From the NCBI GenBank assembly GCA_963825605.1, contig CAWGTY010000014.1:117924-181923 (forward strand): 64,000 nucleotides of DNA. The letters run 5' to 3'. Origin of the DNA: an uncultured Acidimicrobiaceae bacterium (GTDB taxonomy: Bacteria > Actinomycetota > Acidimicrobiia > Acidimicrobiales > Ilumatobacteraceae). Made by a program: the position numbers and the translations under genes. The notes beneath the pieces are model-generated. The model saw only the letters and a list, made by a program, of their open reading frames with translations, searched no databases and had not been told where the DNA came from. Shown here piece by piece: positions 39,196 through 47,672 of this stretch (positions are counted from its first letter, which is position 1; every line of letters begins with the position of its first letter).

Positions 39196-40014
39196 TCAGG
39201 CCTCGTCGACGAGCGCCACGCCCACACGGCCGAACCGTACGACCGCATGTTCGGCGAGGGCGAAGATGAAGATGATGATGCCGGCCATCTCGAGACTCTC
39301 CTCGATGGTCTGGTAGGCCACAGACGACACGTTGCCGCTGCCCTCCGACTCGACGACGGTGCCGCCCAGCATCTCGATCCCGATCGCGCCGCACACGTAG
39401 ACGCCACCCGCGACGAGGAACAGCCTCGCAATCCTCGGCGGGAGTCGCCGCAGGAACGGCACGTAGATCGCGAGGAACAACAAACCGGCGGCGCCGTACG
39501 GGATGACCCAGGCATAGAACAGGATCCCCGAGGTGTTCAGCGCGTTCCGGGTGGGCTCGATCAGCTTCTCGTGATAGGACAGCATCTCGTCGATCGAGAG
39601 GAACACGAAGACGGCGGCGAGTCCGATCCAGTGGCGGAGGTCGGGATCGCTGCGTCGGGCCGTGCCGGTCGCGATCAGCGAGGCGAGCACGGCGCAGAAG
39701 AGGATGGCGAGCGCCGAGTAGTACGCCGGGATTCCGGTGTCCGAGCCGAGGCTGAACGCGTTCAGGAGCCCGAACAGGCCATCGTTGCCGGTGGCGAAGC
39801 GGATGGTCTGCATCACCAGGTGGATGACGACGAAGCCCGATGCCACCGCGGCGAACGCGCGGGCGAGCAGGACCGGTCCCGCCGAGACAAAGACGTCGAC
39901 GAACACGATGCGCTCGGGCCCGTCCCGGTCACCGGTGTGAGGTTGATCGAACTCGGTTGCCACCGCCAGACCGCCCTGAACGTATGGATAAGCGACCGGC
40001 GACGAGTCGGGCAC
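39196..40014 (-). CDS. uncharacterised multi-pass membrane protein
   Basis: About 6 TM segments with W…FVFLSIDEMLSYHE, AWVIPY, GAIGIEM and EESLEM conserved-looking motifs; start uncertain. Confidence 0.65.
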   Translation of the reverse strand: MPDSSPVAYPYVQGGLAVATEFDQPHTGDRDGPERIVFVDVFVSAGPVLLARAFAAVASGFVVIHLVMQTIRFATGNDGLFGLLNAFSLGSDTGIPAYYSALAILFCAVLASLIATGTARRSDPDLRHWIGLAAVFVFLSIDEMLSYHEKLIEPTRNALNTSGILFYAWVIPYGAAGLLFLAIYVPFLRRLPPRIARLFLVAGGVYVCGAIGIEMLGGTVVESEGSGNVSSVAYQTIEESLEMAGIIIFIFALAEHAVVRFGRVGVALVDEA

Positions 40015-40194
40015 CGCCTCCGCCCCGCACTATCCCGAATCAGCCCGTCAGGAACATTCTCCTGAACTTGGTCCACGCCATGCAAGAGCCAGGGGACGCC
40101 GCCGGCTCGGCGTCGAGCGGCTGCCCTCGGACGATCGAGAGCCCGGGCGGTGGGCCCGGGCTCTGGATGTTCGCTGAGGATGGCTGGTCTCAAC

Positions 40195-41088
40195 TCAGTT
40201 GGAGTCTCGCCGGTACAGCAGGAGTGTGCCGATGGTGAGGCTGATGAGTGCGTAGCCACCGAAGATGAGGGCGTACCGGGGGCGATCGAGTTGGTTGAGA
40301 ATGGCCACTGGCGGCTCGAAGTTCGGGCCGGCGTCGAGGAGTCGGTAGCCGGCGCTGAAAGGCAGGAAGTGGCGCACGGTCTCGGGTAGCGCCGGTGCGA
40401 ACAGGCTCTCGATGACGAACGACCACATCAGCAGACCGGTGATCGCTCCGGCGGTGTGGCGGGCGATCATGCCGACGCCGAGACCGATCAGGGCGGACAG
40501 GGCAATGTACAGCAGTGCCCACAACGCCCGGGACGTGAGGGCGTTGCCGTCGCCGAGCGCGACGCCTCCGAGTGCGGCGCCGCCGAAGCCGGCGATCATG
40601 CCGGTGGCACCCAGCGTGAGACCGACGAGTGTCGCGGTGATCGTCTTGGCTGTCACGATCACCCAGCGAGCGGGCTGCGCGGTGAGCGCGACCGCCAAGG
40701 TGCCGTGCTGGGCTTCGCCGGTGAACATGAGGATCCCGACGACGGCGGCCAACATGGCCACCAACGGCAGTGGGTAGATGAACAGCTCGGCGGCCCTCAG
40801 AGTCGGGTCGGTGTTCGTCGCCGCGAGGACGGCGGCGATGAGGGCACCGATAACGCCGGTGAGGACGAGGATCACCTTGTTGGCTCGGAGGGCGGTCAGT
40901 TTGATCCACTCGCTTCGCAGCGCAGCGGGTACTGCTCGCGCATCGTCGGAGCGGGTGCGGACCGCTGAGCGGTCGCCAGCGGTCGGGGTGATGGCCGGGT
41001 CGGCGATGGTCGTGTTGGTGATGGCCGGGTTGGTGATGGTCGGGTCGGCGATGGTCGGGTTGGTGATGGTCGAGTTGGTGATGGTCAT
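40195..41088 (-). CDS. ABC-2 type transporter permease
   Basis: LRSEWIKL, GILMFTGEAQHGT, RWVIVTAK, six TMs; N-terminal pentapeptide repeats. Confidence 0.88.
   Translation of the reverse strand: MTITNSTITNPTIADPTITNPAITNTTIADPAITPTAGDRSAVRTRSDDARAVPAALRSEWIKLTALRANKVILVLTGVIGALIAAVLAATNTDPTLRAAELFIYPLPLVAMLAAVVGILMFTGEAQHGTLAVALTAQPARWVIVTAKTITATLVGLTLGATGMIAGFGGAALGGVALGDGNALTSRALWALLYIALSALIGLGVGMIARHTAGAITGLLMWSFVIESLFAPALPETVRHFLPFSAGYRLLDAGPNFEPPVAILNQLDRPRYALIFGGYALISLTIGTLLLYRRDSN
40990..41088. repeat. 15-bp coding minisatellite, 6 full copies plus 1 partial
   Basis: Units GATGG(T/C)CG(G/T/A)GT(T/C)GG(T/C) at 40990, 41005, 41020, 41035, 41050, 41065 and 41080; encode TITNS-TITNP-TIADP-type repeats. 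Confidence 0.9.
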
Positions 41089-41128
41089 GGTTCTGTCCTT
41101 CTGAGCGATGAGTCGTTGGGATGGAGGA

Positions 41129-42025
41129 TCAGGCGGAGGCGAACTCGGCTGAGGTGCCGGTCATGTCGAGGAGGGTGTCCTCGAGCGACGGGATGGTCTC
41201 GCTGAGCTCGTCGAGGCGGATGCCGTGCTCGAAGGCGAGTCGCGACACGGTGGCCTTGGTGGCACCGCGGATGACGAGCCGGTTGCCGGTGGTCTCGATG
41301 GTGACCTGCGGGCCTGCCAGCACACGCGTGAGGTCGGCCGGTCGGGGTGTTTCGGCGACGACGGTCGCTGCTTGCCGTGAGGCGATGGATTCGACGGTGT
41401 CGGATGCCAGGAGCTTGCCGCCGCCGACGACGACGAGGTCGTCGGCGAACATGCTGAGTTCGCTGATGAGGTGACTGGACACGAACACGGTGCCACCCCG
41501 ACGGGCGAAGTCGGTGAGGTGACGACGCAGCCAACGGATGCCGTCGGGGTCGAGTCCGTTCGACGGCTCGTCGAGCAGCAGGACCTGAGGGTCTCCGATG
41601 AGGGCGCCGGCAAGGGCGAGGCGCTGGCGCATTCCGAGGGAGAATCCGCCGGTGCGCTGGTCGGCGGCCGATTCGAGACCGACGTCGACGAGGACGTCGT
41701 CCACGCGGGACGCGGGAATGGAGCTCATGGCGGCCATGGCTCGGAGGTGGTTGCGGGCGGTGTGGCCGGGGTGCATGCAGCGGGTGTCGAGCACGGAGCC
41801 GACGAGCCTGGCCGGGTGCCGCAGATCGGTGTAGCGGACGCCGTCGTAGCGGACTTCGCCCTCGTCCGGGCGGGTGAGGCCGACCATCATCCGCATCGTG
41901 GTCGACTTGCCGGCTCCGTTCGGTCCGACGAAGCCGGTGACTCGTCCGGCGGCCACGGTGAATGTGAGGTCGGCGACCGCGGTGCGGTCCCCGTAGTGCT
42001 TGGTGAGTCCGGTGACGGTGATCAT
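41129..42025 (-). CDS. ABC transporter ATP-binding protein
   Basis: GPNGAGKSTT, FSLGMRQR, LLLDEPSNGLD, SSH; start ATG 42025. Confidence 0.95.
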   Translation of the reverse strand: MITVTGLTKHYGDRTAVADLTFTVAAGRVTGFVGPNGAGKSTTMRMMVGLTRPDEGEVRYDGVRYTDLRHPARLVGSVLDTRCMHPGHTARNHLRAMAAMSSIPASRVDDVLVDVGLESAADQRTGGFSLGMRQRLALAGALIGDPQVLLLDEPSNGLDPDGIRWLRRHLTDFARRGGTVFVSSHLISELSMFADDLVVVGGGKLLASDTVESIASRQAATVVAETPRPADLTRVLAGPQVTIETTGNRLVIRGATKATVSRLAFEHGIRLDELSETIPSLEDTLLDMTGTSAEFASA

Positions 42026-42360
42026 GAGGTTGCTGCTCCTGGTGAGTGGTGATGGGGTTGGTTCTGAATTTCGTTGGGACGTTCGATGGCCGCTTCCGGA
42101 GAAGCGGGGGTGAGCGAGATCAGCGTGATGCCGAGGTCCCGAAGCTTCTGGAGCAGTCCGTGGAGCGCGGCTTGGTCGACGACGAATCCGCGGATGACGG
42201 AGGTCCCGTCGTTCTCGCAGGTGAGGGTCAGTCCGTCGAACCACGTCGACCACCGTGATCCGAGGTGTCCGCCGACACGGATCTCATAGTGCTGGGTGGC
42301 CGCCTGTTCAGCGATGGAGTGCCGGGTGGCCGGCTCGTTCGTGTGGTCGTCTGTGCTCAC
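42022..42360 (-). CDS. small conserved protein typical of MalT-type regulator cassettes
   Basis: YEIRVGGHLGSRWSTWFDGL…VDQAALHGLLQKLRDLGITLISL; ATGA overlap with the ABC ATPase. Confidence 0.8.
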   Translation of the reverse strand: MSTDDHTNEPATRHSIAEQAATQHYEIRVGGHLGSRWSTWFDGLTLTCENDGTSVIRGFVVDQAALHGLLQKLRDLGITLISLTPASPEAAIERPNEIQNQPHHHSPGAATS

Positions 42361-42392
42361 GAAGACGAACGTACGGACCGACCTGGTGAGCG

Positions 42393-42426
42393 CACATCAC
42401 ATGATGTGGTGATCTTCGTGGTGATC
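42393..42426. promoter_or_regulatory. palindrome plus direct repeats, candidate MalT-type regulator binding site
   Basis: CACATCA-ca-TGATGTG (42393-42408) overlapping GTGGTGATC at 42406 and 42418. Confidence 0.5.
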
Positions 42427-42449
42427 AGTGTGAGGCAGATCGGGCCGGA

Positions 42450-42475
42450 TCAGAGACCCAGTTCAGAGACCCAGT
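42450..42475. repeat. exact 13-bp tandem duplication of the MalT gene 3' end
   Basis: TCAGAGACCCAGT at 42450-42462 and 42463-42475, duplicating the last codons and stop. Confidence 0.85.
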
Positions 42476-45129
42476 TCAGCGGCGCGGGTCACCGCTTCGC
42501 GGCGGTTCGTGGCGCCGAGCTTCGTGTAGATGTGCTTGGTGTGGGTCCGCAGCGTGTTGAGTGAGACGTGGAGCTCGCGGGCGACGTCGGGCCCGGTGAG
42601 GTCGCTGCGCAGGAGGCGGAGGACGTCGAGTTCTCGTTCGCTCAACTGGTCGGGGTCGCCGACGCGGGTGTGACGAGCGTGTGTCGACCGTCCCGTCCCG
42701 AGGATTCGTGCGGCGTGTGGGTCGCTCGCGGCGAGCGGGCGGAGCAAACCTGCCGCGGCCGGCGCGACACCGAGGATCGACCGCACGTAGCCCTCCGGCT
42801 CGGCCCGATCCAGCGCTTCGCGAAGAGAAGCAGTGGCGGAAGCCCTGTCGCCTGACGCCTGCCGGGCGAGCGCCAGGAGCACGAGGATCTCGATGCTGCT
42901 ACCGAGGCGGTGTCCGTCGTCGGCAGCGGCGAGGAGCCGCTCGAGGAGGCCGGTCGCCTGTTCGACGGCTCGAGCTGAACCTCGGGCGAGGAGCAGACCG
43001 GCGAGTGTGACGTGTTCGAACTCGCGGACGTAGGTGAGTTCGTCATCTGCGGAGACACCGTGTTCGTCGGCCCATCGTTCGCCGGCCCCGAGGTCGCCGA
43101 GCTTGACCTCGACCCTGGTCCTCTGGGCGCTGACTGGTCGGACGTTGGGGGAGTAGTCCGTGTTGTAGTGCGCTTGGGCTTCGGTGAGCATCTCGAGCGC
43201 TCGGTCGAGGTTGCCGTGGGCTTCATGGAGCAGTGCGGTCGCAACTCTCCAGCGATAGGCGTGCTGCGGGAGGCCCATGTGTTCACCCAGCTCGGCGCTT
43301 GTCCGAAGGTGCTCGGCAGCGGTCTCGAGATCGTTGCGCTCGACGGCGAGCACTCCGAGACCTGCGTGCATGTCGGCTGCGCCGCGCACGCCGGGGTTTG
43401 CGGCGGTGTGGCGGAGCGCAGAGTCGAACGTGCGGTGCGCGTCGTGCAGGCGACCCTGGGTGATCTGGATGTCGGCGAGCGCCAACGAGCAACCCATGAC
43501 ATCGGCGATGTAGTCGCCGAGTTCGAAGCAGGCGATCGATTCGATGTAGCGGCTGCGTGCGTCGTCAAGTTCGCCTCGGTTCCAGTGCGCCAGGCCGAGT
43601 AGCGCCGCGGCGGCGCCGCGTTGGAGGTGGTCGTCAGCGCCGATCAGATCGCGGACGCGCTGAGCGTGCTCGATCGTCCCGGCGGTGTCGCCGGCAAGGA
43701 GCGCGAGTCCGGCCCGATGCACTGCAGCCATGGCCGGCAGACGGCGGTACGCGACCTGGTCGAACACGATGGGTGGATCGGTGCGGATGAGCCATGAGTC
43801 GATGATCTCGAGCAGCGGGTCGAGGTCGTCGGTGTTGCCGTTCGCCATTCGGGCTCCGACGAGCGCCATGGCGAGAACCGGTCGATCGATGTAGAGGTCG
43901 GCGGGGAGGGTTTCGAGCCAGGTCCGCAGCTGCAACTCCTGGCGGGCCTGCTGCATGGCTCGCGCGTTCAGTTCGATCAGCTTCGCGGCGCGCTCGTGGT
44001 CGCGAGCAGCGAGCGCGTGGACGATGGCTTCGATGGGCTCGCCGTTGTCGGCGTACCAGTCGCTCGCCCGACGGTGCAGCTCTGGAACGCGGTCGGGCCG
44101 CTCGTCCAGGAGCCTCGCCCGCACGACATCCCCGAACAGGTGGTGATACCGATACCAGGTGCGGCGATCGTCGAGGGGAATCACGAACAGGTTCGTTCGC
44201 TCCAGCTCCTCGAGGATTGCCCTGGCGTCGGGCTGGCCGGTCATCGCGGCACACAGCGGGCCCGTGAGCCGGCTCACGAGGGAAGTGTCGAGCAGGAAGT
44301 CCCGGATCGGTGCGGGCTGGCGTTCGAGGACCTCGTCGGTGAGGTAGTCGAGGATGAACCGGTCGTCGCCGGCGAACTCTTCGATGAACGACACCGGGTC
44401 GCTGCGGCCCTGCATCGACAACGCCGCGAGCTGCAAGGCGGCGATCCATCCCTCGGTACGGGCTTCGAGCACGTCGACATCGGGCTGGGTCAGGGTCAGT
44501 TCCATCGCGTCGTTCAGGTACTCGGCGGCCTCGGATGCCGTGAAGCGCAGGTCGGCCGCTCGGACCTCCAGCAGATCGCCGCCTGCCCGTAGCGAAGCGA
44601 GCGGGAGCGGCGGATCGGACCGGGTGGCAATCACCAGACTGAGCTGAGGTGGGAGATGCTCGAGCAGGAACGCGACGGAGTCGTGGATCTCGGGCGCGTC
44701 GATCACGTGATAGTCGTCGAGCACCAGGACGATGTCCTGAGAAGCAGTCTCGAGATCGTTGATCACAGTGGCGACGACGGACTCCAAGGATGCTCCGGGA
44801 CGATGCAGGAGGGCGTCGGCCTCTTCGCTCAGGTCGGAGGTGACGGTCGCGAGCGCAGCAGTCACGTAGGTCCAGAACTGCTCGGGGTCGTTGTCGCGCA
44901 CGTCGAGGGACAGCCATGCGGTGGTGTGATCGTCGGCGTACCAGTCGGCGACCAGCGTGGACTTGCCGAAGCCAGCAGGAGCCGAGACCAGCGTCAGAGC
45001 ACGAGGTCCGCTCCGGGTGGCGAGATCGCTGAGTCGAGGTCGAGCCACAAGGGTGCGGCGTCGACGCGGTGGGTGCAACTTCGAGGTGAGCAGCACGATC
45101 CCCTCAGCCGCTGGATCGGCGGACGTCAT
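42463..45129 (-). CDS. MalT-like STAND ATPase/TPR/LuxR regulator
   Basis: LLTSKLHPP, APAGFGKST, LVLDDYH, TEGWIAALQLA, WYRYHHLF, C-terminal LuxR HTH; start ATG 45129. Confidence 0.93.
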   Translation of the reverse strand: MTSADPAAEGIVLLTSKLHPPRRRRTLVARPRLSDLATRSGPRALTLVSAPAGFGKSTLVADWYADDHTTAWLSLDVRDNDPEQFWTYVTAALATVTSDLSEEADALLHRPGASLESVVATVINDLETASQDIVLVLDDYHVIDAPEIHDSVAFLLEHLPPQLSLVIATRSDPPLPLASLRAGGDLLEVRAADLRFTASEAAEYLNDAMELTLTQPDVDVLEARTEGWIAALQLAALSMQGRSDPVSFIEEFAGDDRFILDYLTDEVLERQPAPIRDFLLDTSLVSRLTGPLCAAMTGQPDARAILEELERTNLFVIPLDDRRTWYRYHHLFGDVVRARLLDERPDRVPELHRRASDWYADNGEPIEAIVHALAARDHERAAKLIELNARAMQQARQELQLRTWLETLPADLYIDRPVLAMALVGARMANGNTDDLDPLLEIIDSWLIRTDPPIVFDQVAYRRLPAMAAVHRAGLALLAGDTAGTIEHAQRVRDLIGADDHLQRGAAAALLGLAHWNRGELDDARSRYIESIACFELGDYIADVMGCSLALADIQITQGRLHDAHRTFDSALRHTAANPGVRGAADMHAGLGVLAVERNDLETAAEHLRTSAELGEHMGLPQHAYRWRVATALLHEAHGNLDRALEMLTEAQAHYNTDYSPNVRPVSAQRTRVEVKLGDLGAGERWADEHGVSADDELTYVREFEHVTLAGLLLARGSARAVEQATGLLERLLAAADDGHRLGSSIEILVLLALARQASGDRASATASLREALDRAEPEGYVRSILGVAPAAAGLLRPLAASDPHAARILGTGRSTHARHTRVGDPDQLSERELDVLRLLRSDLTGPDVARELHVSLNTLRTHTKHIYTKLGATNRREAVTRAAELGL

Positions 45130-45226
45130 TGCTCGGCAGACCTCGGCCGTGAGGCACAGACCGGCGCGGGCCATTCGGTCGAGGGTTGCTGCGATGGACG
45201 CGATCGCACCGCCGGGTTCGTCGTCA

Positions 45227-45820
45227 TCATCGGGCACTCGTGCGACGAGGCGCGGCGCGGACGTGCGCCCGTTCGCCGGGTCGGCTGAGGATGCTGAGGA
45301 TCTCGACGGGTTGATTCCCGGCGGCACCGAACCAATGGGGGACCGCGGTGTCGAACTCGGCCACCTCACCGGACTTCATCGTGATGTCGTGGCCCCCGAG
45401 CAGTAGTCGCAGCTCGCCGCTGAGCACGTACAACCATTCGTACCCGTCGTGCGACTTGAGTCGGGGACGCTTGTGCTCGGGTGGGATCAACACCTTCCAC
45501 GCGTGCATCCCGCTCGGCTGCTCGGTGAGAGGCACGACCGTGCGTGTTCCGCGCCGGTGGGGCCGGGGCCGGATTCGCGGATCGCCGACCTCGGGGGCAC
45601 CGACGAGTTCGTCGAGCGCAACGGAATACGCCTGAGCAATCGGGAGCAACAGTTCGAGGCTCGGCTTGCGTTGCCCCGTCTCGAGACGCGACAACGTGCT
45701 CTTCGAAATTCCCGTCGTCTTCGACAACTCGATCAGCGTCAACCCGCGCTCGGTCCTCAACTTGCGCAGACGGCCGGCGACCCCGGCGAGCACACTCGTC
45801 GCTTCCGGGGCGGCCGTCAT
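45227..45820 (-). CDS. XRE-family HTH + cupin transcriptional regulator
   Basis: LRKLRTERGLTL…ISKSTLSRLETGQRKPSLELL; HDGYEWLYVLSG…FDTAVPHWFG. Confidence 0.92.
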   Translation of the reverse strand: MTAAPEATSVLAGVAGRLRKLRTERGLTLIELSKTTGISKSTLSRLETGQRKPSLELLLPIAQAYSVALDELVGAPEVGDPRIRPRPHRRGTRTVVPLTEQPSGMHAWKVLIPPEHKRPRLKSHDGYEWLYVLSGELRLLLGGHDITMKSGEVAEFDTAVPHWFGAAGNQPVEILSILSRPGERAHVRAAPRRTSAR

Positions 45821-45839
45821 CGAGCAATTCAACATCGGA

Positions 45840-45855
45840 TTCCCGGAACCGGCAA
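45840..45855. promoter_or_regulatory. imperfect palindrome between the divergent XRE and MFS genes
   Basis: TTCCCGG-AA-CCGGCAA. Confidence 0.4.
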
Positions 45856-45909
45856 CGAAAGTTGTGGCCGCCACCGGAATCAGCGCACCGTCGCTCCAGG
45901 AGGTTCGCG

Positions 45910-47214
45910 ATGAGCAACACAGAGAGCCGGCAACCACAAGGCCCGGCCGCCATCGGAGAGACGCGGTTCGCCGCCTTCGGCGCCCGGAACTTCCGGCGCT
46001 ACTTCATCGGCCAGATCATCTCGAGCGTCGGCTCATGGACACAGGCGCTCGCGGTCACATGGCTCGTCCTCGATCTCACCGACCGCAGCGATCAACTCGG
46101 GATCGTCATGGCCCTGCAGTTCCTCCCGATGCTGCTCCTCGGCGCTCCCGCCGGCGTCCTCGCCGACAAGGTCGACAACCGACGCCTTCTCATCGCGACC
46201 TCGGCATCGTCGGGTCTCGTCGCGCTCGGCTTCGGGGCGATGGTCGCAACCGGCCACACCAGCATGTGGGCGATCTACGCGCTCACGACGATGCTCGGCC
46301 TGCTGCTCGCCATCGAACGCCCAGCGATGCAGGCAATCCTGTTCCAGCTCGTCGGCCCCGACCTGCTCCCCAGCGCGGTGGCCGCCAACAGCACCATCAA
46401 TTCGATGTCCCGCTTGGTCGGACCGGCGCTCGCCGGAGCACTCATCGCCGGATTCGGCGTCGGAGCGTGCTTCGCCGTCAACGCCGCCTCATACCTGGTC
46501 GTGATCGGCGCCCTGATGCGCCTCCGACGAAGCGAGCTGATCGACCGTCCGTTCCTCGGCCGAACCAAGGGGAAGCTGCGCGAAGGTTTCGCGTATGTTC
46601 GAAGCCAGCCAGACGTGCGCCGACCCCTGCTCGTCATGGCCGTCGTCGGCACCATGGCCTTGAACTTCCAGACGACGTTCCCGTCCATGGTCCGATTCGA
46701 ATTCGAACTCGGCGCCGGATCCATCGGCACGGCGATGAGCGTCAGCGCGATCGGCTCGATCCTCGGCGGCATCTACATCGCCGGCGTGAAACCGGACTCA
46801 CGTCGCACGCTCGGCATCGTGCTCGCAGCATTCGCCACAACGTGCATCACCCTTGCGCTCGCTCCCGGATACTGGGCCTTCGTCGCCTTGAGCATCCCAT
46901 TGGGGTTCGCGTCCGCATCGTTCCAATCGGTCGACACGGTCGTGCTCCAACAGGCCACCGAACCGTCGATGCAAGGACGGGTCATGGCGCTGCAACAGAT
47001 GGCCTGGTTCGGCAGCACCCCGATCGGTGCGCTCCTGATGGGATGGATCATCCAGATCTCATCCCCACGGGTGCCCTTCGCTGTCGGCGGCCTCGCAGCG
47101 CTCGCCTGCGCCACAGCAGTGCTGATGGTGCGACACACCGATGCGACCAACGAAATCGGTGCGGACGTTCCGTGTCCGGATGGAGTTGCAGTCGTTGCCC
47201 CAGCGGTGGCTTGA
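45910..47214 (+). CDS. MFS transporter (MFS_3/macrolide-efflux-like)
   Basis: RNFRRYFIGQIIS, GVLADKVDNRRL, RLVGPALAG, MQGRVMAL; GGAGG RBS before ATG 45910. Confidence 0.9.
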   Translation: MSNTESRQPQGPAAIGETRFAAFGARNFRRYFIGQIISSVGSWTQALAVTWLVLDLTDRSDQLGIVMALQFLPMLLLGAPAGVLADKVDNRRLLIATSASSGLVALGFGAMVATGHTSMWAIYALTTMLGLLLAIERPAMQAILFQLVGPDLLPSAVAANSTINSMSRLVGPALAGALIAGFGVGACFAVNAASYLVVIGALMRLRRSELIDRPFLGRTKGKLREGFAYVRSQPDVRRPLLVMAVVGTMALNFQTTFPSMVRFEFELGAGSIGTAMSVSAIGSILGGIYIAGVKPDSRRTLGIVLAAFATTCITLALAPGYWAFVALSIPLGFASASFQSVDTVVLQQATEPSMQGRVMALQQMAWFGSTPIGALLMGWIIQISSPRVPFAVGGLAALACATAVLMVRHTDATNEIGADVPCPDGVAVVAPAVA

Positions 47215-47399
47215 CGACGCCGCAGGCTTCTGCGCGCTTCACGTCGTGGAAGCTTCAGCGCACCCGGACCAGGTGTGGTGAACGATCGCATGAGCAGTCG
47301 ATGGAAACATCCTCGTTCCAGGCTGAGAACACGATCGATGGTTCATTCGCCAGATTGCGCCTCTGGCCAGCTGTTTCGCTCGTCAGGGCGTCACCGGTC

Positions 47400-47422
47400 C
47401 GTGCCTCACGCGCTGAGGCACG
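47400..47422. repeat. perfect 9-bp inverted repeat/hairpin 57 nt left of the att core
   Basis: CGTGCCTCA-cgcgc-TGAGGCACG; contains the AGGCACG motif also seen at 57543/57554. Confidence 0.6.
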
Positions 47423-47479
47423 CCGGCCCCGGAGGAGAGGTTCACCGCAAGCGGCCAGCTCATCTACCAGGGGTTTTTC

Positions 47480-47524
47480 GAGCGGATGAGGGGAATCGAA
47501 CCCCCGTATTCAGCTTGGGAAGCT
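47480..47524 (-). mobile_element. att-type duplicate of the 3' half of tRNA-Gly(CCC), copy 1 (not a full tRNA)
   Basis: Minus strand AGC-TTCCCAA-GCTGAATAC-GGGGG-TTCGATT-CCCCT-CATCCGC-TC: anticodon loop, T-arm and acceptor 3' strand only; D-arm and 5' acceptor strand absent. Confidence 0.88.
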
Positions 47525-47594
47525 TCTGAGGTCTGGACGCCACACGGGGTTTGACCTGGTAGTAAGCGATTCCGACGTGCGCCGTTCGATCGTC

Positions 47595-47613
47595 CGTGCA
47601 ACCTACGTGCAAC
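47595..47613 (+). repeat. 11-bp-period direct repeat, candidate integrase arm-type site (left arm)
   Basis: CGTGCAAC at 47595 and 47606. Confidence 0.65.
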
Positions 47614-47672
47614 TACGAAGACTGGGCCCGGGAGGGCGACAGCGGTGATCGCCAGCAAGCGGGTGCGGAGTC

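Noticed and set aside
47480-47560. Intact tRNA-Gly gene
   Set aside because: Only the anticodon loop to the 3' end is present; the upstream sequence cannot form the D-arm or pair with the acceptor strand. The same holds for 57378-57460.
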